DNA from: Paraspadella gotoi | Lineage: Eukaryota > Animalia > Chaetognatha | Assembly: GCA_051294375.1 (NCBI GenBank) | Contig: CM119265.1 | Span: 15,104,963-15,168,962, forward strand | DNA: 64,000 nt | Direction: 5' to 3' | In this document: positions 37,501-48,819 of the stretch, in pieces | Numbering within the stretch: the first letter of the stretch is position 1 | Layout of the letters: every line of letters starts with the position of its first letter | Translations under genes and position numbers: made by a program | Notes under the pieces: model-generated | The model's input: the letters and a program-made list of their open reading frames with translations, nothing else | The model's database searches: none | Told to the model about the DNA's origin: nothing

Positions 37501-40500
37501 CGGAGACGAAACGACGACGACGACGTTTACAGAAAAGAAACGAGGAGCGATGGCTATCGGAAACAATCAAGACGAGTTGAGGGAGATAGAGGAAACGAGG
37601 CGAGTCGATCGTTTTCGAGGAGTTCCGGCTTTTTTTCAATATTAATCTTCTTGTGCTCGCTTCAGCACCGAGACGGACGTCGCGATTCCCGCATCGATAG
37701 TCGAGATTCTGAGCATTTCGAAGGCCGCCTGGAACCGCGCCCCGGCGGCATAAGTGCCCGGTTAGGTCACGCTCCTTCCGGGACTCGTCCGAACGAGACC
37801 AGAGGCCGTGACAGAAGCGGTGGTCGAGAGGGTCGAGATGGGGGAGATCGTGGTCAACGGCGCGAACCCGAAGTCTACTTCGATGCGCGAAATTTATTGG
37901 GCAAACGACAGTACCCTTTCGAGGAGGGATTCACGTGAGAACAGCTTCGGTAGTGATCGTTTTTGTTGTCATTATGATGTCACTCTTTTCTCATTACTCT
38001 CTATTTAGTGGAAAAATGGGACGTCTCGGCGATAACGTGTTGAGTCAGGGAATGATGGGCCGTGGCATGCGTGGCGCTGGCGGCGGTGGTCTCTTCTCCA
38101 AAGCCGTTGGCGGTCTTGTTTTGGAACGCCTCGGTCTTCGCGCCGACGATCTTATTGGAGCCCTTAACATCCCACCACATATTCTCGACCCAACAATCGT
38201 GCCCAAGAAGGCCTATTTTTACGAACATGACGACCGTGGAGAGGATGATGGATGGGGAGACAGTTTCAGAAGTGAGTACTCAATATATAAACGGATTTCA
38301 AATGGGAGTGAAATGAAAGGATCAAATACTGTGGCTAAAACTATTTATTATAGCAACTTCAGATTTTGCACCCTGGTAAAAAAATTGCTGGCGTCTTTTA
38401 TTTTTATTTCGCCAGACGGGCGAATGCCCGACTTGGGCGAAATGTTAATTCGTTTCTGCTTCTTTTGATTCATTTGAGATAATCCACAAATTAATCTGTG
38501 ACAGCGTCTGTCCAGTTTCTCTCTATTTCTCTCTTTTTCTCTTTAATTATGTCATTCTTTTTTTTCCATCGCAGCTTCTTCTGATTTGTTTAAAAACGAG
38601 TTTGCTCTGCAGCGGCTATCCAGCTTCTCTTTATCTTTTTCTTTCTCTCTCTCTGACTCATCGCATCAATGTATGACTATCATCGCATCAATGTATGACT
38701 ATCATCGCATCGATGAATATCATCGCATCGATGAAATGATATCATGGCATCGATGAATGAATATCATGGCATCGATGAATGAATATCATGCGCATCGATG
38801 AATAGAATATCATGGCATCGATGAATGAATATCATGGCATCGATGATGAATATCATGGCATCGATGAATGAATATCATGGCATCGATGATTTATTTCGCC
38901 AGACGGGCGAATGCCCGACTTGGGCGAAANNNNNNNNNNNNNNNNNNNNNNNNNTGTTAATTCGTTTCTGCTTCTTTTGATTCATTTGAGATAATCCACA
39001 AATTAATCTGTGACAGCGTCTGTCCAGTTTCTCTCTATTTCTCTCTTTTTCTCTTTTAATTATGTCATTCTTTTTTTTTCCATCGCAGCTTCTTCTGATT
39101 TGTTTAAAAACGAGTTTGCTCTGCAGCGGCTATCCAGCTTCTCTTTATCTTTTTCTTTCTCTCTCTCTGACTCATCGCATCAATGTATGACTATCATCGC
39201 ATCAATGTATGACTATCATCGCATCGATGAATATCATCGCATCGATGAATGAATATCATGGCATCGATTATTTGGTTATCACATCAATCCACTACTATTA
39301 CATCAATCACTATTATATCAATAATTCGTTATCGCATCAATCATTCATTTTTTTAGGGTTTTTGTTTTTATCGTCGCAATCGCTAAGCGTTTGCGACGAT
39401 ATTGTAACACTTTTGCGCATAAGTGGCGTCGTCGTTGTCGGCGTTCCAAATTATAGATCGCTTTTTTTATGATTAAATTTGTGTGTATGAAGCTGAAAAT
39501 CTATATACAGCTTCTCATCATCGATGTGCTTAAAATTGAGTCTGGACCGTTATTAAATGTTTTGTTTACGTTTTATCCAAACAAACAAATTTTCTCTTTT
39601 ATTTTCCTATTTCTTTCTCTCTCTCTTTTCTCTTTTAATTACATGTCTCTTTCCCTCTCTCTTTTCCTTAATCACTGATTCATAATCATAGGGGAAAAAA
39701 ACGAGTCTGCAGCTGGCTCTGCAAGGGTTTATTCTTTTTCTCTCTTTTCTCTTGCTGCTTCTGCTGCTGCCTTTTGATCTTTCTTTTTTTCTGGGTACCT
39801 CGGCTGCTGAAAATGATTTTGCTTCTTTCTCTCTCTTTCTCTCTCTCTGATTAATTTTTTCCCTCTAAAAACTTTTATTATAACCATTTATTCCCAAATT
39901 TATATCCAAGATTTTCGTAGATTTTTTTTGTGTATTATTTTTTTAATTTTTTTAAATTTTCTTTATTTTTCTCAAATTAGATTTTTTTAGTATCAAAATT
40001 TGTCCTCAATCCAGATTTTTCTTATGCAATTGCGATGATCCTTATGCTTTTAAGATTTTTAAAAAATTTTTTTATTAACTTTTTTTGATAGTAACGTCTG
40101 GCGAGATCACTATACTTTAAGATTTTTTAATTCCCAGTAGTCCAGCTTGCTTACTTGTTAAATGTTTGAAAATTTCGGTACATCTTACAGATATAGACAT
40201 TGGAGTATGTGTCTGAGCAATCTGAATGTCAGAAACTTTTTCAAATTTCAGCGTTAAAAAAGTACCTATATAAACTTAAAAATATATTAATAAGTATTTA
40301 TTTGTATTATCCCAAGACATTATACTTATTAATGAATATAAAAAAATTTAAAATATTCGTCTAATTTTTTTTCACTTTGAGTTTAATATTGAATTATCAA
40401 ATAAGTGAAGAAAAATGTTGCAAAAAAAGCTGCCGAAAGGCAAGCGCACTAGTTGCTACTTTATAGGAACATAAACGTTCATTTCACTCCCCTTTGAAAT

Positions 40501-42240
40501 CCGTGTATCGACCACAGAGATTTGACTTTTTCATGTTCGGTACCTTTTTTCTCCCAACAGATCGTCGTGGAGGACGGGGATTCCGCGGAGGACGAGGAGG
40601 CGGACGAGGTTTCCGCGGGCGCATGGATGGATATCGTTTTGACGGGAATCGTGAACAGGGGAATCGATCCGACGGCAGTCGTTTCCAGGACAACCGCTTT
40701 CAGGACAACCGCTTTGACGGCAACCGATCGGATGGGAACCGGGCGGAAGGAAAACGCTTTGTCGAAAAAGAAAAAAGGGATGAACAAAAAATTGCGGCGA
40801 CCGCCGAAGAGATTGACGAACGCATCGCCCGTCGTGAGGCGCTCAAATCTCAAAACCAGAACCGTGCCCCGCAGGTAACGAGCAGATTAGGAATTGGGGA
40901 AAGAAAACCATTTTCTCGATTTATGTTACTTGCAGGAAGGACAAGAAAGGGGAGGAAGAGATACTTTCGTGCGTGGAAGATGGACGAACAGAGGAAACGG
41001 ACCGCGAAACGTGGGACGCGGACGAGCCAACTACGACAGGTTATTCGTTGATGGACTTGAGCGGGGGAATCTGCTGCTCAAGCATGATGTCATAGGCATT
41101 TGGCCTGAAAACGCAGTCGCTTCGTGACACGGCTCGTCGAGTTTTTTGGCGAACCCGAATTGAACTTCTGCGCTATTTGATTATTTTTATAAACTCTGAA
41201 TTTTTTCTTTTAATGGATCCACAAGATGGCTTCTAAAATCGATTTTCCCTTAAATGTTCTCTTCCATTTTCTTTCACCCTTTTAGCAACTACTTTCCTTC
41301 ACGCGTTCCGTCCCGTGATAAATGGGAGCACGACATGTTCGAGGCCGAGGATGCTCATGGTAACGAAGAATTGGGAGACATAGATGAGAATCCAGAGGAC
41401 AACATCGAGATTCATGAGGGAGGACTGGACGTGCAAGACGCTTCAGCTTTCGAAGAGAAGGAAGTTGAGAAAACCACGAGGCAAGTTGCCTTTTTTTTTG
41501 GGTGAGCGGAGTGGGCTCAGAAATCTGGCTTGTTTTTGGGTTAACTTTCCTCACTTTTCTTCAGCTCCGCCCTCGATGAAGGTCGAAATCAAGATTCACG
41601 CAGAGACCGATCGGATTTCCGTCGTCCCCTCGATGAAAGGGCGCGTGGTGAAAGAGGGAGAGTTGATAGACCGCGAGGCGATCATAGCCGAGATGATGAT
41701 AGAACCCGCGACGAACGTCAGAGAGGCGATTCTTTGCGAGACAAGTCGCGCGAAGAACGTCGCGACCGAAGCGGGGGCCGATCTCGTGATGATCGGCGCG
41801 ACAGGGAATCTCGCGCTGATAAGGGTTCGTTTCGCCTTTGCCGATACGATAAAGACAACAGGTTTAAACCAATGTTTACGTATTTGTAGATCGCCGTCGA
41901 AGCGACGAAAAAAGAAAAGAGAGACGATCCGATGACGAACGAAAAAACATTCATGATAAAGTGAGTTTTAGTTATGGTGCGACGAAACCTTATTGCATTA
42001 TTTCTATTGAGTTAAAATTTCTATCCTTCGTTTTAGCGTCATAACTCTCCCGATTCGACCAAAATTGACCCCAATCCGCCGGAAGCCGCGGATCAAGAGG
42101 AACCCGTCAAAGAGAAGACCGATCCTTCCCTGGCACCGCCGCCGTCTAAATGGGAGAAGGAGGAAGGAGCAGCCGCCACCGGTGAAGAATCCAAGATGGA
42201 CACCGGAGCCACGTCTACGCTCGTTACTTCATCTGGATAA
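34556..42240 (+). CDS. RS/RGG-rich RNA-processing protein with Btz-like motifs (BCLAF1/THRAP3-like), multi-exon, internal tandem duplication
   Basis: MPQTSRDYKRRSKTRSRSRDRE start, IVPKKAYFYEHDDR, RGGRGFRGGRGG, DKWEHDMF, RD/RE-rich C-terminus; stop TAA at 42240. Confidence 0.72.
34862..34998 (+). ncRNA. Candidate intronic hairpin-ACA RNA
   Basis: Nested stems TTTGATG/CGTCAAA, TCTGAG/CTCAGA, GGAACCT/AGGTTCT, two apical hairpins, ACA at 34993. Confidence 0.35.
35340..35459 (+). ncRNA. Intronic box C/D snoRNA copy 1, guide to 28S GCCAAAUGCCU (U15/snR13 region)
   Basis: C ATGATGA 35340, guide AGGCATTTGG, D' CTGA 35364, internal stem GTCGC..GCGAC, C' TGATTA 35434, D CTGA 35456. Confidence 0.8.
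35602..38518 (+). repeat. Near-identical ~1456-bp tandem duplication of internal exons
   Basis: 35602-37057 matches 37058-38518; differences mostly in homopolymer length. Confidence 0.92.
38660..38890. repeat. Minisatellite, ~21-bp unit GAATATCATGGCATCGATGAAT, inside a dispersed element
   Basis: Tandem copies adjacent to the gap; repeated again at 39170-39268. Confidence 0.9.
41084..41199 (+). ncRNA. Intronic box C/D snoRNA copy 2 (paralog of 35340-35459)
   Basis: C ATGATGT 41084, guide AGGCATTTGGC, D' CTGA 41105, internal stem CGCAG..CTGCG, C' TGATTA 41178, D CTGA 41196. Confidence 0.75.
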
Positions 42241-42670
42241 AAATAATATTACTGATAAAAAAAATTATAAAAAACGCCTATTGACTAAATATTGCTGTAT
42301 TGGTAGATCCCGCAGGTACGGCTGCAAAGGATGCATGACGCCGCGTAAATATTTTTTACTAGGTTCAGTCTTCTTTTGGAAGATTCCAAAAAGGTTGATC
42401 TTATTTACGGTTTTCAGTTTTGCGATATCAGACATGCGTGTGTTTCTTTATTATTGGACATGCTGTGACTTGTAAAAACGAATACTTAATAGCAAAAGTT
42501 AAACTTCTATGCATTATTTTCGCTTAAAAACTATTTTCTCTTTTCTTCCAGCAGTTTTTCTTATGAATGACCTTCAAAGCGGGCTTTCAGCCCCATGAAT
42601 TTTAATTATTGCTGAAAAACTAACCATTAACGAATAACCTTCCTCAACCGCTCACCCTAATTGGGCCAAG

Positions 42671-43057
42671 ATGACTCGCGGCAACCAGCGCGAACTGGCG
42701 AGAGCCAAAAACCAAAAGAAACAGGAAAAAGTGAAAAAGGCTGATTCCTCTGGAATGACCGCCTCAGCTCGAAAGGTGATTTAATTAACTTTAATTGTAA
42801 GTTACAACTTGGAGGCTTATTTTTCGAATCACGATTAGTGCCATATGGTTTTCTTTCAAGTCAATCGATGAGAAATCGCTTGCGACGTTGTTTAAAAATA
42901 ATTATGGAATGAAAAAAAAATTTACGTAGTTGTATACGGAAGAAAAATTTCAATCATTCAGGAACGTGACGCGGACGTAATGCGACAGAAGCAGATGGCG
43001 GCGGAGGCCAAGAAGGCTGGAGGGTCCGGAGGTGGGGCTGAAGGTGGAAAGAAATGA
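42671..43057 (+). CDS. SERF: Small EDRK-rich factor (SERF/4F5), 2 exons (42671-42775, 42962-43057), not in the ORF track
   Basis: MTRGNQRELARAKNQKKQ...RKERDADVMRQKQ signature. Confidence 0.95.
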
Positions 43058-43381
43058 ACCGAAATGGCCCATCTGAATGCCACGGATTTTTTTTTCTGAC
43101 TCCTAACCTTCTATTTGGTTCGTCTTGCGTTTTAATGCGACCTATTTATGCGCTTGTCACTTCTACTGGCTGTATTTAATTGTTTTCTCTGTTTTGTAGA
43201 GTTAGGGTGAAATGCTATTAACCCCGGTATTGAATACAATTTATCTTAAGGGTTACTTATTTGTTCTTATTTGCCCAACGTCGTATAAATTATGGCATGA
43301 GAAGGCCAAGATAACATTTGGAGTCGGTATCCAATTTTTTATTTAGATTTAAATTCGTGTTCGTGATTCTTAACCGCCAAA

Positions 43382-43966
43382 ATGTCGATGGGAAAAAGCA
43401 ACAAGATGGCCGCTCATTTGAACTATCGAATGAGGGTCATTCTTCAAGACACCAGAACTTTCATCGGCCAATTTAAGGCCTTCGACAAACATATGAATCT
43501 GATTCTCGCTGACTGCGAGGAATTTAGAAAACTCAAAACTGGAAAAGCTAAAGGGGTTAGTGTCGCCTAATTAAACATCCAATATGAAATAAAATTATAA
43601 TATTTATCAAATATCATTTTTACATAGGCTGAAAAGGAGGAAAAACGCACGCTGGGGTTCGTCCTGATTCGAGGGGAGCACGTGGTCTCGATGACCGTAG
43701 AAGGCCCCCCACCCGCTGAAGAAAGCCAAGCGCGCGTGCCTATGGCAGCCGCAATGCCCGGCGTTGGAATGGGCCGTGCGGCGGGAAGAGGTGTGCCGCC
43801 TCCGGGTGCCCCCGGTCTTCAGGGTCCTGTCCGCGGAGTCGGTGGTCCAGGTCCTATGGCCATGGCGCCAGGAGGACGCGGATACGGGCCCCCGGGTTAC
43901 GGAGCTCCTCCAATGCGTGGAGGACCGCCCGCGGGCATGAGGGGTCCGCCCCCTCCAAGATACTGA
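43382..43966 (+). CDS. SNRPB: Sm protein B/B', 2 exons
   Basis: [50 protein letters not shown]; [21 protein letters not shown]; Pro/Gly tail. Confidence 0.97.
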
Positions 43967-44110
43967 TTTAAAAAACTTGCGCAGTGCCACGAGTAAAAAA
44001 GTTGTGTTCATTTATATTCATTAGAATTTGATTTCTAAAGAAATACATCAATTTGTGGTCAAATACTGCCACATTTCATTCCATGTTATTTTCGTCTTAG
44101 ATTTTTAAAA

Positions 44111-46233
44111 ATGCTTCTTTCCAAATTAGCGAGGGGTTTACACGCGGTTAGAGGAAATAGAAATACTGCGGCAGGTATTAAAAAAATGTTTCGTTTAGTT
44201 TTGTACTAAAAAAAAATTTCTGGCCCTGGGAAATTTATACTTGAAAAATATATATATTTAGGTATATATAAAAGTATAATTAACAATGGAGAAACCGGGC
44301 ATTACAGAATAATCAGAGTGGAGCACTCGAACAAAAAAATTATTTGAATGATCGAACAAGGATATTTAGATGTGAGATAGTATGATTAACTAGTACCAAA
44401 AAATATTTTGTTCATATTGTCTCGGGAACAGAATAGTAAAATATAATATATTTGTAGTAATATTCTTATAAAATAGTAAATTTTAAAAATAATTTTTTAA
44501 AAACTTTTAATAAAGACTCAGATTCTTCATAAAAAGTTGAATTAAAAATATAAAACATGTTATCAAAAATTCTGTCATATTCAGCATTTAAAATGGAAAA
44601 AAAGGTAAAAATTCATAATTTTTTATTTTCTGTAGTAAAAATTTATATATGTTAAAACGTTTGTCATTTTTTGAGATCCAAACATTAAGATATCATTTAA
44701 CATATTTTATAAAAGTTTATTTTTTTACAGCGAATCCAAATCTGTTCTTAAAAATAAAATAAAAATATTTTGAAATTTAACGGTTTTATAAGGATATTAC
44801 TACATAAATAATTGAATTTACTATTATTATTTTCCCACATTTCTTTCTGTTATTTATATTTTACTTTGTGTTTTATCTTTCTTTTCGTTGTGTTTTGTTA
44901 ATAATTCTAAATAAAAAAAACGGTTCCTGACATTACAAAACATTTCGCTTATATTTTATACTATATTTATTCAAGCTCCGTGATTTATAGTAAAAATTGT
45001 TTTAAATATTTTTATAAAATTTAATTTTTAACATACCATGATGGAAAAAAATTATTTATTGCATACAATTACTTCCAAAAGAGGTCTCTAACTGTTTTCA
45101 CCTCTTTTTGATCAAGAGGACTATTCATATTATTATTAATATTATATCTCTGACATAATATTTTTTATTAGATTTTGGGCAAAAAATGGTCTTTGGCAAG
45201 CAGTGTAAAGGATTGATCCCAGGCTTGAGTTGTTGCTGCATAATGTGATGATGCATTGTTTTTCCCTTCAACAAAATCTTTGAATTTTTTTTTGACTTGT
45301 TTGATACTTCGTTCTGATAATACATCCAGAGGTAAATAAAAAGAAAGGTTACCTGGAGCCTTATAACTTTTATCGATACTTTACAATATAAAAAAAATAT
45401 TCTGGAGCATCTACAGCATCAATGTATTTTTAATATCGCTTTTTTTTAACATATGAATTAAGATTCATCCCTGAATCTATCTTAATGGAGATGATACAAA
45501 AACCATTTGACATGAGACTAAGAAAAGGCAGGGATTTAACTAAAAAAGTAATAAAAAAGAACCGGAAATTAATATAAATAAAAAGTATAAATATGAAAAA
45601 GATAAAAAAGAAGGAAGCATTTTTTTGGACAACTCATTTTCTTTTGCATGGAACTCATGTATTTTTTGTCGTACATAAATAAGATACAGCTCATATGAAT
45701 CACAAGAGGCTAAAGTTTTTTTATATCTAAATTTTATTTTTCTATTCTTACATTACAATTTCGAAAAATAGCTGGAAAGTAACCGCGACAATTTTTTTTT
45801 CCATTGACACAGGGAGAGACAGAAATATTGTTCGCTTCATATGCGTTTTATTCGTTGACAACAATTAGTTGAAACATTACATACAAAACGGAAAACAGAA
45901 TTAACAGAAGGAAAAAAATAAGAAATTAACAATAGCTCTTGCTCTAGGAACAATATTCTAAAAATCTTGTTAGATTATATCGCTGCTAAATTTCATTCGT
46001 TAGTGACACCGTACCGTCCGTTTTCTACGACTTCGGTTCGTCAGGCCTCACAAATGTGGAAGACCACGAAAGATGCAAAAGGCGCCATCGTCATTTTTCT
46101 CGTCTTCTGGACCGCACTTCATCTCGGACAGCCTCTCTATTTGGAGTGGAGAGATTACTGGCGGTATCCCTGGATCTGGGAGGATCACTATGATTACCAG
46201 GAGAGACTGAAGAGGGAGCAAGAGGAGTGTTAA
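44111..46233 (+). CDS. Unassigned 97-aa mitochondrial-type single-pass membrane protein, exons 44111-44174 and 46004-46233
   Basis: Phase-matched GT-AG intron; Arg-rich acid-free N-terminus ending RPFSTTSVR; TM segment GAIVIFLVFWTALHLG. Confidence 0.7.
44453..44804. mobile_element. AT-rich MITE with TIR TGTAGTAATAT(T/C)CTTATAAAA
   Basis: Inverted termini; second copy at 51048-51349. Confidence 0.75.
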
Positions 46234-46770
46234 ACTTTCGTCGCGTTATTAGCCAACGATGCTGTTATCTTGGTATTATAGATTTTCGCCGTGAAAGTCG
46301 TGACTTTTAAAAGATGAGATGAATTTTTTAAAGATTTCAGGGAAAGTTCTATAAAAAATAAACTGGAAATGTTCATCTTAATGATGAAATCTCCCTAGTT
46401 CCAGTTGCGTCTCGCTCTCCCTACTTTTTATAGGATATCAGGTTGAAACTCGGTAGCTAAAACTGTAATGATCATCTGTTCTAATTTGTATAGGCTCCCC
46501 TTAATTTATTTTTTTCAGCCATGTCATTTTTTTGTCGTAATGACCGATTACGAGAATACAAGTTTAACTCTTTGTCAAAAAAATAAGAATGCTACTTTTT
46601 CGCACTAATAACTAATTTATACCTAACTCTCATTTAATAGCCACGTCGCTTTTTTTTGTAACTACAAACATGCGAATACCAAGATTGGATTTGTTTTAAG
46701 TGATTTTCATGCTGTCGAATATATATACTGAACGAGTTTTCCTGTGGATTGTGCTTTTTCAAATTTTTTC

Positions 46771-46939
46771 TTTGGGCAAAATGATTTTTGTTTCACAACG
46801 AATTTTATTTTATCATATAAACGTACATGTTTCGGCTTTGGATGCAAGCCTTCTTCAGCGTCAATGAAAAAAAAGCCGAAACATGTACGTTTATATGATG
46901 AAATAAAATTCGTTGTGAAACAAAAATCATTTTGCCCAA
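46771..46939 (-). mobile_element. Penelope-like inverted remnant containing a minimal hammerhead (46821-46861, minus strand)
   Basis: ~68-bp near-perfect inverted arms; minus strand ACG-CTGAAGA-A-GGCTT gcatcca AAGCC-GAAAC-AT-GTA-CGT. Confidence 0.72.
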
Positions 46940-47687
46940 ATACATATAACAACGAAAAAGAAAGGTTATTACCACTAAATTTTTTCTTGAAGAGTCGCAA
47001 CTGCCGAGATTGAATACTATAGCAAAATATCTTTTGTGTATAATGTACATGTTAGCCTCCAAAATGAAAATTTTTTATTTGGTTAGCGACAGTGTTAGTT
47101 ATTTGGCTATTGTGCTAAATTTGAAGAATCAAATTTGTCCCATTAATCATAACCGGCATAAGGGCCTAAGGCAAGCCTCGTCTACTGTTGTAAAAAGTGG
47201 TAGATAAAGATGGTTGCGGACGTCGAATAGTAAAGTTAACCTTTTTCTTAATAAAATTCGTACGTAAACAAACAAGAAAAAAAAAATTATATTGTATTTT
47301 TAAAACGGTTAGCAATTGGTTTAAGGTTGGTTAGGGGTGGTTAAGGATTTGTAATAAAAAGTTTTTCTATCCTTACCAGTGTCTTTTTTTTATTTTTGAG
47401 AAGCGAGATTTCTATACGTCGCTCATAAGCGAAAAAAAAATAATCGACAGCAAAATTTGCGAATGTAAAAATAAGCCAAGAAACAAATTTTGGACATTTT
47501 TCGGCTACAAGGTTGGTTGCGGACGTCGAATTAGTAAAGTTACCCAAAGCTTTTTATTACAAATTCCTAACCACCCCTAATCCCTAACCAACCTTATTCA
47601 AATTGCTAATCGTTTAAAATATAAAAACGAGACTGAGAGTCTTGATTGAAAGCGAGCAGGGACCTGCTATGTCATTATCTTTTAAGA

Positions 47688-47793
47688 GTGATGGAGGCCT
47701 AAAACCACCAAAGCCTGTCCAAAGTCAGAGGCAAGATAGCTTATTTATTAAATGAATGGATAAATTTTTATATTGGTTGTACCAATTTCATAA
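47688..47793 (+). repeat. Dispersed short repeat
   Basis: GTGATGGAGGCCT...GGCAAGATAGCTTATTTATTAAATGAATGGATAA; copies at 48548-48642 and, inverted, ~53684-53827. Confidence 0.7.
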
Positions 47794-47847
47794 CAAGAAT
47801 ATTATTTTTACTTTTGTTTGTTTACATATGAGTTAAGAAACAACTTT

Positions 47848-48025
47848 TGGACATGTTTTCGACTTCAATGTAAACCTTCATCAGCGCAAAAACTAATTGA
47901 TTTATTAAAAAAATATTTTCACAGAATTTGAAGTGAGAGAGAAAAAGAGTGAAAATATTTGTTTCACAAATCAATTCGTTTTTACGCTGATGAAAGCTTA
48001 CATTGAAGCTGAAACATGTCCGAAA
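47848..48025. mobile_element. Back-to-back hammerhead motifs (Penelope-like remnant)
   Basis: + strand 47981-48025 TTTACG-CTGATGA-A-AGCTT acattg AAGCT-GAAAC-AT-GTC-CGAAA; degenerate - strand copy 47848-47890. Confidence 0.65.
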
Positions 48026-48192
48026 TTTGTTTTTTTTTATAAAACTCGTACGAAAAGAATTCATTTACTACCTTACACACAAAAATAGCAATTAATAAAT
48101 CTAAAACGATTTATTATAAAATTTGTATTATTGAACAAAAAAAGTATATTATTGCGCAAAGTTAGACTCGATACGAGAGGGAAAACAAAATT

Positions 48193-48381
48193 GGGTTACT
48201 TTTACTTTCGCCGACCGGGATTAGGAAGGGGGTTAGGGTTAATGGTAGTTTAGGGGTGGTTTAGGGGTAGGGGTGGTTAAGGTTAAGAGGGTTTAGGGTA
48301 ATTATTTTTTTAATTTTTTTTAAAAATAAGTATTTTTAAATAATTTTTCAAAACCGCGGTCGGCGAAAGTAAAATTTATCC
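48193..48381. mobile_element. MITE of the same family as 5382-5566
   Basis: TTTTACTTTCGCCGACCG / CGGTCGGCGAAAGTAAAA TIRs with internal GGTTA(G) repeats. Confidence 0.7.
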
Positions 48382-48819
48382 ACCCTAAACTTGTATAAGT
48401 CAAAGCAATCCCGATATTTACAGTAAAACTTAAAATTTAATTTAAAAGAGAATATCACGAGAGACGAAATTAAAGACATTCATACAATTGAAACATTCTT
48501 TGAAATATTATGCGACTTCAATGATAGGGAAGCCAGGTACTCAGTAGGTGATGGAGGCCTTAAGCCTCCAAAGTCAGTGGCAAGATAGCTTATTTATTAA
48601 ATGAATGGATAATTGTTATATTAGTTGTACCAATTTCATAATAATAAATGCCCTGATCATGATGAAATCAGAATGAACCCAGGCCTGGCACCTTGTATTA
48701 ATTAACAAAAGCCGACATTCCAATAACACCTGTAGTTAAAATATTAAAACGTGTCTGCACTATAAAAACACACCAGTGCCTTGTATTTAAAAAGCGTGCT
48801 TGTGAAACAAAAGGTCAAT

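Noticed and set aside
38890-39268. Direct repeat of 38402-38770
   Set aside because: It overlaps an N gap beside a minisatellite; a typical unmerged contig overlap.
42776-42961. snoRNA in the oversized SERF intron
   Set aside because: Some hairpin potential, but no D box or correctly placed H/ACA boxes.
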